A stretch of 24,000 nt of DNA from Brachymonas denitrificans (GTDB lineage Bacteria; Pseudomonadota; Gammaproteobacteria; Burkholderiales; Burkholderiaceae_C). Position numbers and translations under genes: made by a program. The notes under the pieces are model-generated. The model was given only the letters and a program-made list of their open reading frames with translations. It had not been told where the DNA came from and did not search any database. Every line of letters begins with the position of its first letter. The first letter of the stretch is position 1. This document shows, one piece after another, positions 1-7,394 of this stretch. The DNA is taken from positions 1 through 24,000 of the forward strand of contig NZ_CAJQUA010000002.1 of NCBI RefSeq assembly GCF_907163135.1, in the 5' to 3' direction.

Positions 1-1787
1 CCCATCAACTTCTGATAGGCAACACCGACCTCCTGCCCGCTCTTTCCAGCAGTGGCGGGTAACGTGCGCAGCGCCTTCTCCAACTCGACATCGTGCGCCT
101 GAATCGCCTGCTGCCATGCGTCATGCTGGGTGGTGAACTGTCCCGCCTTGTCATCAAGCAAGGTCTGCATCGCGGTCAGATGGCCGGTGAACCCCTGCTT
201 GAGTCCATCCAGCGTCGTGCGCATGGCGAGCAACTGGGCAGCATCAGGCAAGCCCTCAAGCGCCTCATCGTTGATGAAGTCAAGGTCAGGCAAGCTGTCA
301 CGCAGGTCTGTAAGCGCGTCGCGAAAGCTCTGTACGCCCTCGGTCGCGGTCTTGGCAATCTCTCGCTCGCGCGCGAGCAATGAGGTCTTGGCCAGCTTCT
401 CCTTGATCCCCAGCTCATCAAAACCGCGAAGCTGCTCTTCCAGCTTGGGCAAACGCTCAACCTGTGCATTCAGCTCGTCGAGATCGGTCAGGGACTTCGT
501 GAGCTTCTGCTGGTTGTCTTTCAAGCGCCTATGCACGTCGGCGCTCTTGGACTCGTACTCTCCGTCTTGAGGAAGGAAGCGATCCAGCAACTGCACCCGG
601 CTGGTTTCATCTTGGGCCAGCTCGTAAATCTCGTTCTGCCCATAAATGTCGATGCCCGGCAGCAAGTCGCGCGGGAGCAGGGTCGAGACGTTGCCATCCA
701 TGTCACGCACCATCGGCGGCTCGCCATGACGGCGCGAAATGGTGTACTGCTTGCCGTTCTGGGCAGAGGACACCACTGTCAGCTCAACCCGACCGGCCGA
801 GCGACCAAGGTTTTCCTTGATGATCTCTTGGTGGAGCTTCTGCGCCTGCTTGCCTTTGGGTGGCAAGTCCAAGGCGAAGCGCAGGCATTCGAGCAAGGTT
901 GACTTACCCGTTCCACGGCCGCCGATCACCGTGTTGAGATGGTCTGAAAAATCCACCCGGACGCCATCAAGGTAGCCACCGGCCACCGTCATGCGGACCA
1001 CCTTACCAATTGGGCTTTGGGCCTGCTGCGAGTTGAGCCGGACTCGCGATCCCGGATCAAGGAAGGCCACCTTGAACGCTGCGAAAGTGGGCCGTGTCAT
1101 CTTGATGAAGCACGTTGCGCTCGGCTGATCCAAGTCATCAGGCTTGGCAACATCCTTGGCATTGATCGCTGCCACAGGACGCTCACGCCGGTAGCCGTCG
1201 TCCTTGTTCAAGAACACCTTGCGATAGAAGTCCCCCTCGATGCTCGTCAGGTCGTCTATCGACCCCGGAATCTGGGCCGCGCGCAGCTTGGGATGCTTCC
1301 AGACGTGGTTCAGGCGGTTTTTCAGCAGCCCGCTTTCCTGCGTGCAATGTGCAGCGTAGATGAACCCGCCCAGTAGATCGACCTCTTCGATCAGCTCTTC
1401 CGAACTCAGCCGAGAAGGCCGAATGCCATCCGCTGGGTCGTGCAGCTTGAGGTTGCCAAGGTAGCGATCAAGCTGCTGCACCGTGGTGTCCTCGGGGAAG
1501 AGACAAACGTAATGCGTCTTGTCGTTCGAGGCGATCTCGAAGCCGGGAAACACCACGATCCCGTGCGGCTGTAGCACCTGACGCAGAGCATCGACGCTGG
1601 CCACGCTACCGTGGTCAGCCAAACCGACAACCTTGATGCCCAGCTCAAGGCACTTTTGAAGCAGCGCTTGGTTGTAGCCGTCTTCATCCAGCCCGTGATC
1701 GGCGCCCCTGTAGGTGCCGTTGTAGCCGACAGGATTGACCTGTAGCGCGCAGCGCCAAAATCTCGCGTAGGTGTATTGATCGCTCAT
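1..1787 (-). CDS. PHP-like phosphoesterase domain fused to an SMC/Rad50-like P-loop ATPase (N-terminal 595 codons; 3' end lies beyond the window edge); PplA-like architecture
   Basis: Absent from the ORF track because there is no in-window stop. The minus-strand frame is open from ATG 1787-1785 (GGGAGGA immediately upstream) to position 1. My translation: MSDQYTYARFWRCALQVNPVGYNG..GLADHGS..GFEIAS..HYVCLF..AAHC (PHP-like motifs), then Walker A VIGGRGTGKSTLLECL (about nt 923-897), then long coiled-coil-like sequence (KLTKSLTDLDELNAQVERLPKLEEQLRGF...). All other ORFs in 1-1787 are short shadow ORFs. Confidence 0.75.
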   Translation of the reverse strand, partial: MSDQYTYARFWRCALQVNPVGYNGTYRGADHGLDEDGYNQALLQKCLELGIKVVGLADHGSVASVDALRQVLQPHGIVVFPGFEIASNDKTHYVCLFPEDTTVQQLDRYLGNLKLHDPADGIRPSRLSSEELIEEVDLLGGFIYAAHCTQESGLLKNRLNHVWKHPKLRAAQIPGSIDDLTSIEGDFYRKVFLNKDDGYRRERPVAAINAKDVAKPDDLDQPSATCFIKMTRPTFAAFKVAFLDPGSRVRLNSQQAQSPIGKVVRMTVAGGYLDGVRVDFSDHLNTVIGGRGTGKSTLLECLRFALDLPPKGKQAQKLHQEIIKENLGRSAGRVELTVVSSAQNGKQYTISRRHGEPPMVRDMDGNVSTLLPRDLLPGIDIYGQNEIYELAQDETSRVQLLDRFLPQDGEYESKSADVHRRLKDNQQKLTKSLTDLDELNAQVERLPKLEEQLRGFDELGIKEKLAKTSLLAREREIAKTATEGVQSFRDALTDLRDSLPDLDFINDEALEGLPDAAQLLAMRTTLDGLKQGFTGHLTAMQTLLDDKAGQFTTQHDAWQQAIQAHDVELEKALRTLPATAGKSGQEVGVAYQKLM

Positions 1788-1878
1788 ATTCCTCCCTGAT
1801 TTCTACAGTTGCGATGCATGGCGACGCGCTACAGGACTATCGGCTGCACCTGCTATTGGTTTTCCGTCATCGAACTCA

Positions 1879-4800
1879 TTACTGGCGAAGTGCGATTTCA
1901 GCTTCAATGATCTCAGCAGCAGCAGCCCTGACCTTGGCGACGATATTGGCCCGCTTCTTAGAGTCATGCTCTTGATGGGCCTGCTTCACCAGCTCAGCAA
2001 GCGCCTTGTGCTCGGCCAAACTGGCGTCATACTCAGGCAGACTCACATGCTTGAAGATGTCGCCCATATTGGTTGCCACGTTGTGCGCCTCGATCATCTC
2101 CTTGACGATCTCCGAGTGAAGCAATCCGCACAAATAAAAGGCTGGCTCCGGTTGATCGAAGTCCGCAAAGTAGAGCTTGTGGTCAGGGACATAAACACGC
2201 GACCCGTAGCCCGGCACAGACCCAGACGCCACGACGGCCGCAGAAAAATCGCCCGTCATCTCGGCCCAAATGACCTTGTAGGGTGCGAAGGTGTAGTCGC
2301 CCACGTTGTAGATTGCGAAGAAGGGAGCACCCTTCATGCGCGTCTTGAAGGTGGAACGCGACTCCAAAAATGGCTTGTAGGCTTTGAAAAACTTGAATGT
2401 CTTGGGATTCGTGTGACTGCTGTAGCGCGCCGCAGCGCTGTCCAATGATGCCCGGTCAATGCCCTTATTAGGCACGAACGCATAGAGCGTGTTCTCCGGC
2501 AGGAAATAGCATGGATGGAGGTCGCCTGCGCCCTTTGCCAGGGGAAACAAGCTCTCAGCCTCAACCCAGAATTCGCGCGGCTGCCCCAAGTCGGTTTTGC
2601 CTTCATGTGGCCGAGTTCGCACCTTGACCGTCTTTGTTGCAGGGTTCGAGTCAATGACATCCACAAAATAGACGCCATTCAGGTCAGTCGTGATGCCCTT
2701 ACGGCCGTTGACCCAAGTAGAGGGGCCAAACATCGGCTGACATGCGGCGAAGTGCCCCGGCTTCATGATGGCCCAAGGAGCCCCCTCCATAGTCTGCGAG
2801 ACGGGATTGGCTTCCATCTGGATCACATCCACAAGATCAGCCACCTCTGCACGATGTAGACGTGGGTCGATTGCCTTCAAGCGAGCCACTTGACCGCCGC
2901 GTCCCTTCTTCGGATTGCCTGCGTTGTCGGTCTTGGGCTTGCCAAGCCAGACCCGGTAGTCCAACGGATAGCGGGTCGTGCCCCCTACCTTCTTCGTGAA
3001 CATGGCGACAGCCGTTTTATTGGCCGCGTCTGGAAACGGCTTTAGCTCCTTCATGTCATCGATGGAGATAGGCACCAAGCGGTCGGTTGCATTGATGCGG
3101 AAGCGCCGGAAGCCTTGCGACGAAGGCGACTGGAACACCGTCTGCGTGATGACAAACACCAACCGTCCATCTTCGACCAGCCACTTGTCAGCCGTCGTGT
3201 AGGTGATGATGGCGGAAATGTCTAATTCGTTACCACCGTGGAACTTGGTGTCCGAGAAGATGGCGTACTTTTCGCAGGTGGGCTTAGCTCGGTTCCGGTA
3301 TGCCTCTGGGAGATTCGACCATCGTACCCAAGGCGGATTACCAACAATGGCATCAAACTGTCCGGCAGTAGCTGACCAAAAGAAGTTGCGCACAATCCTG
3401 AACCAAATGCCGTTCCAGTTCTGCCGATGCAGTGCGAGCACTTGGTCATAGGTCGTCTTGAGGTGGTCATTCCACTCATCGGCCTGCGCCTTGCTCAGTA
3501 TCTTGGCTTTCACCAGCGCCTTAGAGACGGGCGGGAATTCAGTGTCGTTTTCAACCTCTTCTCCCATGAGCTGGAATACTTTGTCGAGCAACACGCGATC
3601 ACGCGCCAAGTCGGCAGGTAGAACAACTTGCAGATTTGCTTGCTGACTGCCAATGCTGTACTCAACCACCTTTTGATCGCCGTCAGGGTGGGGGGCAGGG
3701 GAGTACACCGCATCAGCCAAGAGAACGGGAATCTCAACGTCTTTACCCTTGCACTGCTGCAACAGGTCTGCGATAGCGATCAGGAAGTTGACGCGAGAGG
3801 ATTGCACAGCAAGTGGGTTGAGGTCGAAGCCCCAGACCGTCGTGGTCAGCATGTCCACGGTCTGCTCAGCAGTCCATCCCGCCGTCAGCGCTGCTCGGCG
3901 CTTCTGCTCAATAGCCTCCAGCAAGAACGAACCCGACCCGCATGTCGGGTCAAGTAGCCGAGCAGCAAGCCACTTGTCTCGCTTGTAGCCGAGCTTGGCC
4001 ACAGAGTGCTCGACCAACCAGTCCGGCGTGTAGAACTCGCCAAGGCTCTTGCGCAATTCCTCCGGCACCAAGTCCTGATAGAAGTCACGCAAAACATCGC
4101 GCGAGCGCCCGGTCTTCTTGATGGTATCGAAGCGATAGACCGAAAGCTGAGCTAGCAAGGTGCGAATCGCCAAGCACATCGACGTGCGGATCGCCTTCTT
4201 AGTTGTGGCATCCAGATACCAACTAAAGATGGCTTCTTCGACGAAGCCATGCAAGCCGACTGCGTTGAAGAACCCGCCGTTCTCGACATCCGAGCGTAGG
4301 GCCTCAATCAGAGCTTCGTCCGATCCGAGAGCCAGTAGCTCATGGATCAGGGAAGTGCTTGACGCCATGCCATGTGCAGCCACGATCTCGGCCGCGATCA
4401 GCTTCATCAGCAGGGAATGAAAGGTGTGGGTAACGAAAAGCTTGGCGGGCAAGTCAATGGCGGCCGGGCCTGCGAAGTCAAATCCCAATGACCCATTGAT
4501 CTTCTTGCGCTGTTGAATGCTGAGGTCAGCAGCCTGCCCATACAAGGTTGCCCATTCCTCGAAGAGCATCTTGATTTTGCGGTTGCCGGGCTGCCCAAGA
4601 GCGTCAGCAAGAGCATTGGACAGTTCCTGCATAAACTCGCGGCCTGTCTCGGATAGATGCCCAAAGTCCTCGGCTAGGTTCTCTGATGTGATGGCTCGCC
4701 GGAAATTTGCTCTCAGCGCATCGACCACCATCTGGAAGGCAATGGTCGAGAACGGCATCAGTGGCTGGTGAACGATCTTGCCGTCTTGGACTTGAGCAAA

Positions 4801-5133
4801 GCCCACATGATCGCCGTCGATGGCAATACCGATGTAGTCCTTCTCATCCAGCCCTTGCTCGGCAGCCAAGCGGGGGATGTATTTCAAGAGACGACCATCG
4901 GTCGCCTCGATGAACTTCGGACTTGTCTCACTCCCCTTGAAGAGGCCGGGGCCTTTGAACTCGATGACGACGTTGTTGTAGCTGGAGTCGCGCTTGGCTC
5001 TCTCCGCGTCCAAGTCGATCTGCAAGGCCTCTTCAAGCCCCTTCATCCATGCGTGGCGTACTTCTTCCTCGTTGACCCACTGCTTGCGGCGGCGATTGAT
5101 GAGGTCGTAGCCCTTCTTGGTATTGGTGTCCAT
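1879..5133 (-). CDS. Large gamma-class N6-adenine DNA methyltransferase, type IIG/IIL-like (MmeI/PglX-like build), possibly with an N-terminal PD-ExK nuclease motif and a TaqI_C-like specificity region
   Basis: ORF 1879..5181. I prefer ATG 5133 (MDTNTKKGYD..., GAAGGA upstream). Motif X GEFYTPDWL, motif I LLDPTCGSGSFLLEA, motif IV VGNPPWVRW, in gamma order. C-terminal GRKGITTDLNGVYFVDV resembles the TaqI_C/Eco57I-type TRD motif. N-terminal D49-X8-E58-F-K60 (RDSSYNNVVIEFKGPG). Confidence 0.8.
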   Translation of the reverse strand: MDTNTKKGYDLINRRRKQWVNEEEVRHAWMKGLEEALQIDLDAERAKRDSSYNNVVIEFKGPGLFKGSETSPKFIEATDGRLLKYIPRLAAEQGLDEKDYIGIAIDGDHVGFAQVQDGKIVHQPLMPFSTIAFQMVVDALRANFRRAITSENLAEDFGHLSETGREFMQELSNALADALGQPGNRKIKMLFEEWATLYGQAADLSIQQRKKINGSLGFDFAGPAAIDLPAKLFVTHTFHSLLMKLIAAEIVAAHGMASSTSLIHELLALGSDEALIEALRSDVENGGFFNAVGLHGFVEEAIFSWYLDATTKKAIRTSMCLAIRTLLAQLSVYRFDTIKKTGRSRDVLRDFYQDLVPEELRKSLGEFYTPDWLVEHSVAKLGYKRDKWLAARLLDPTCGSGSFLLEAIEQKRRAALTAGWTAEQTVDMLTTTVWGFDLNPLAVQSSRVNFLIAIADLLQQCKGKDVEIPVLLADAVYSPAPHPDGDQKVVEYSIGSQQANLQVVLPADLARDRVLLDKVFQLMGEEVENDTEFPPVSKALVKAKILSKAQADEWNDHLKTTYDQVLALHRQNWNGIWFRIVRNFFWSATAGQFDAIVGNPPWVRWSNLPEAYRNRAKPTCEKYAIFSDTKFHGGNELDISAIITYTTADKWLVEDGRLVFVITQTVFQSPSSQGFRRFRINATDRLVPISIDDMKELKPFPDAANKTAVAMFTKKVGGTTRYPLDYRVWLGKPKTDNAGNPKKGRGGQVARLKAIDPRLHRAEVADLVDVIQMEANPVSQTMEGAPWAIMKPGHFAACQPMFGPSTWVNGRKGITTDLNGVYFVDVIDSNPATKTVKVRTRPHEGKTDLGQPREFWVEAESLFPLAKGAGDLHPCYFLPENTLYAFVPNKGIDRASLDSAAARYSSHTNPKTFKFFKAYKPFLESRSTFKTRMKGAPFFAIYNVGDYTFAPYKVIWAEMTGDFSAAVVASGSVPGYGSRVYVPDHKLYFADFDQPEPAFYLCGLLHSEIVKEMIEAHNVATNMGDIFKHVSLPEYDASLAEHKALAELVKQAHQEHDSKKRANIVAKVRAAAAEIIEAEIALRQ

Positions 5134-5149
5134 TGTTGTCCTTCTGTTT

Positions 5150-5734
5150 TCAGTTCTGCCGCTTCGGCTCGGGCCGCCCAATAGGAGCTACCTTGTAAAT
5201 TGTGGTTCGCGAGACACCGTACAGCTCGGCGATTCGACCGATGGGGAGCTTCTGCGCGTCCACCATCTCGTTGATCTCTTTGATCTGGGCCTCGGTGAGC
5301 TTTGGCTTCCTCCCGCCGGCGCGGCCTCTGGCTCGGGCTGCGGCAAGGCCTGCACGTGTGCGCTCGCGGATCAGGTCACGCTCCATCTCGGCAAACATGC
5401 CGAACATGGCGTACATGGCCTTGCCCATCGTCGAGTCGTCGAACACGACTCGCGGCTGCAACAGCTCGATGTACACACCGGCAGCACGCAGCCTGTCGGC
5501 GATCTGCACAAGGTCGGAGAGAGACCGTCCCAGCCGGTCGAGCTTCCAGACCACCAAGGTGTCGCCACGCCGCAAGCGCCGCAGGCACTCGGCGAGCTGA
5601 GGCCGGTCAGCGCTCTTGCCGCTGGCCGTTTCCTCGTACACGTCGTCGCACCCAGCTTGCCTGAGAGCATCCCTCTGCAAGTCCGGGTTCTGATCGCTTG
5701 TTGAAACGCGCGCGTATCCGATGCGCTGCTCCAT
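5150..5734 (-). CDS. Serine recombinase (resolvase family) of the backbone
   Basis: MEQRIGYARVSTSDQNPDLQRDAL...VVWKLDRLGRS...RERTRAGL...C-terminal HTH (IGRIAELYGVSRTTIYK). ATG at 5734. Catalytic Ser motif YARVST. Confidence 0.9.
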   Translation of the reverse strand: MEQRIGYARVSTSDQNPDLQRDALRQAGCDDVYEETASGKSADRPQLAECLRRLRRGDTLVVWKLDRLGRSLSDLVQIADRLRAAGVYIELLQPRVVFDDSTMGKAMYAMFGMFAEMERDLIRERTRAGLAAARARGRAGGRKPKLTEAQIKEINEMVDAQKLPIGRIAELYGVSRTTIYKVAPIGRPEPKRQN

Positions 5735-5764
5735 TGGCCGTCCCCGCCCTCAAGGCACAAAAAA

Positions 5765-5792
5765 TGTCCAGCAAAGGTGTGTTTGCTGGACG
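5765..5792. promoter_or_regulatory. 28-bp inverted-repeat resolvase-binding site (res subsite) upstream of the backbone resolvase
   Basis: TGTCCAGCAAA-ggtgtg-TTTGCTGGACg. Arms are 10-11 bp with the TGTC...GACA polarity typical of serine-resolvase sites, about 30 bp upstream of ATG 5734. Confidence 0.5.
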
Positions 5793-5842
5793 TTGATAAG
5801 TTGACGGCAATTTTAACAGCCGGGCGGCACTTTGGACAGGCA

Positions 5843-5847
5843 AAAAC
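5843..5847. repeat. Target-site duplication AAAAC, left copy
   Basis: AAAAC immediately outside the IR at 5848. The same pentamer lies immediately outside IRt at 17614-17618. Confidence 0.7.
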
Positions 5848-5872
5848 TGTCGTTTTCAGAAGGCGACTGCAC
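5848..5872 (+). repeat. 25-bp Tn402-family terminal inverted repeat (IRi-type variant)
   Basis: tgtcgttttcagaaggcgactgcac differs at 3 positions from the class 1 integron IRi at 8108-8132. Confidence 0.8.
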
Positions 5873-5898
5873 CAGTTCACTGGGCTGGCCGCCGTGTG

Positions 5899-5940
5899 TG
5901 CATAGAACTTCTGACCGGGAACGGTCAGAAGTTCTATGCA
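5899..5940. repeat. 42-bp perfect palindrome made of two inverted TniA-box-like 19-mers
   Basis: TGCATAGAACTTCTGACCG-ggaa-CGGTCAGAAGTTCTATGCA. The right arm resembles the inner repeat gaacgtcagaagccgactgcac next to the integron IRi. Confidence 0.7.
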
Positions 5941-5995
5941 CGAAGCGCCGCGAGAGATCGGAATTGCTCAGAACTCTTGTGCACGGCGCGACAAA

Positions 5996-6019
5996 GCCGG
6001 AACCGCCGAAAATTCCGGC
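5996..6019 (-). terminator. Weak hairpin downstream of orf183
   Basis: GCCGGAA-n10-TTCCGGC just after the stop at 6022. Only a TTT tract follows on the minus strand. Confidence 0.3.
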
Positions 6020-6021
6020 GA

Positions 6022-6573
6022 TCAACCGGCAAGCTGCTTGATGCGCTCGGCCAGGCGGCCGAAAGCCTCGTTCACGTATTCCAGCACCTTGGGTTCTGCG
6101 CCCTGCGTGCGCAGCGAGTCTTTGAAGGCTTCCAGGTCGGACAGCCATTGCCGATGCAGGCGGCCCAGCTCGTCGAGCTGAGGCCGGAAGTCTTGGAGAC
6201 TGCCGCTCGCACGAAACGCCTGGTAGCCACGCTCAAGCGTGGCCGCCGTGGTCAGCAGTTGCGCGCCCATTTGCTTGTGCTGTTCGGAGAACTCGGCCAT
6301 GCCGTCATAGGGCCGCGAAGCCTTGCGGCGCTCGGCTTCGGATGCCTCTTCCATGATGCGGGCGTAGCGGTAGAACCCTGGGAACTCGCGGGACAGCGCC
6401 ATGAGCTGCTGATCGGATGTGCCGACCCAAATCCTGTGCAGGTCAGGCCCGTACCCCATCATGCGATTGATGATGGCATGGGCCTCGCTGACACCCTGGG
6501 CGGCAAGCTGCTGCATGTGTTGGTCGATCTTCGCGGCCAGTCGGCGGAATTCGTTCATGCTCATGTCCGTCAC
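6022..6573 (-). CDS. Hypothetical, apparently helix-rich (by eye) protein (about 180 aa) tightly linked to vapC
   Basis: ORF 183 aa (MTDMSMNEFRRLAAKIDQHMQQLAAQG...). GTG 6573 overlaps the vapC stop (GTGA); alternative ATGs at 6564 and 6558. I recognise no family motif. Confidence 0.55.
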   Translation of the reverse strand: MTDMSMNEFRRLAAKIDQHMQQLAAQGVSEAHAIINRMMGYGPDLHRIWVGTSDQQLMALSREFPGFYRYARIMEEASEAERRKASRPYDGMAEFSEQHKQMGAQLLTTAATLERGYQAFRASGSLQDFRPQLDELGRLHRQWLSDLEAFKDSLRTQGAEPKVLEYVNEAFGRLAERIKQLAG

Positions 6574-6965
6574 AAAAGGCGCGTTGATTGCCCTTGCGCC
6601 GTGAGAAGTGCCACCGCCTTCTTATCGAAGGAAACGAAGGTTTCCCCGCCAAGCCAGTTGCCTTCGTAGGCAATGACGCCATCGGCAAAGTCTCCGCCCG
6701 CGTCGAGCACCAGCAAGCCAGCCTCCACGGCAGGCCGGTTCACTTCCACATTCGCGGCGGCCAGTAGTGCCCGGATCGCGCTGGCCGCGTCGGCTTGCTG
6801 GAAGCCGTAGACACGCAGCAGCACCCAAACAAATTCGCATAGGCACGGCAGCGCGACCGCGATCAACTCGGCGTCGGTCAAGACTGCGGCGGCAACGTCC
6901 GCTTGTGCGGGATCGTCACGCACAACCGCACGCACAAGGACGTTGGTATCGACTGCGACCTTCAT
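6570..6965 (-). CDS. vapC: PIN-domain toxin (VapC family)
   Basis: MKVAVDTNVLVRAVV...CEFVWVL...FADGVI gives the acidic PIN residues. Its ATG overlaps the stop of the upstream antitoxin gene (ATGA). Confidence 0.85.
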   Translation of the reverse strand: MKVAVDTNVLVRAVVRDDPAQADVAAAVLTDAELIAVALPCLCEFVWVLLRVYGFQQADAASAIRALLAAANVEVNRPAVEAGLLVLDAGGDFADGVIAYEGNWLGGETFVSFDKKAVALLTAQGQSTRLL

Positions 6966-7213
6966 TGCTTACCTGCCCAGCCTTGCGCCGCCGCCTCGTT
7001 GATTTCTTCGATGGTGGCAACCTTCTGCGTCTTGCCCGCGAGCAGGCCGACAAAGCTGGCTATCGTCCCTGCGGGCCGTGCCGCCTTGAGCACGCCCCGA
7101 CCGTCTGGCAACAAGTCCAGCTCGATCTTGTCGCCTGGCCTGATGCCGAGGTGTTGCAGTACGTCCTTCCGAAACGTCACTTGTCCCCGTGCGGTAACGG
7201 TCAATGTGGTCAT
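6962..7213 (-). CDS. vapB: AbrB/SpoVT-fold antitoxin (VapB-type)
   Basis: MTTLTVTARGQVTFRKDVLQHLGIRPGDKIEL is a typical SpoVT/AbrB swapped-hairpin N-terminus. ATG 7213 has GAGGG upstream. The track start at 7231 is a TTG. Confidence 0.8.
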   Translation of the reverse strand: MTTLTVTARGQVTFRKDVLQHLGIRPGDKIELDLLPDGRGVLKAARPAGTIASFVGLLAGKTQKVATIEEINEAAAQGWAGKQ

Positions 7214-7278
7214 GGTGGTTTGCCCTCGCAATCAAGGTTGATGCTTCACATAGTAATGCAAAAATGCCTTACCGTCAA

Positions 7279-7353
7279 TGTCCGTCAAACGATCATTAGT
7301 CGGCCATGCCGGACACTGTCCAGCAAAGTTATTGCACAACGGGTTGTCGGACA
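7279..7353. promoter_or_regulatory. res-like region of the element A resolvase: two adjacent 37-bp TGTCC...GGACA sites
   Basis: TGTCCGTCAAAC...GCCGGACA (7279-7315) and TGTCCAGCAAAG...GTCGGACA (7317-7353), followed by CGGACG/CGGACA repeats. Lies between divergent vapB and the resolvase gene. Confidence 0.5.
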
Positions 7354-7394
7354 TTAAGATAGGCGGACGGAATGACGGACAAGAGAGGCGGCAA

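Noticed and set aside
93-1687. Track ORFs of 68-146 aa in the first 1.8 kb
   Set aside because: All are out of frame with, or antisense to, the 595-codon edge-open PHP-ATPase frame, which has clear Walker A and PHP-like motifs.
5117-5704. 195-aa plus-strand ORF, plus other ORFs overlapping 5150-5880
   Set aside because: They are antisense to, or out of frame with, the resolvase gene, which has a canonical catalytic motif and HTH.
5896-6669. 257-aa plus-strand ORF across the element A end, orf183 and vapC
   Set aside because: It starts inside the IR-proximal palindrome and runs antisense to the vapC operon, which has convincing PIN/AbrB motifs and overlapping stop/start codons.
6767-7357. 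196-aa plus-strand ORF over vapC/vapB and the res-like region
   Set aside because: It is a shadow of the minus-strand TA genes. It crosses an intergenic regulatory region and has no start context.
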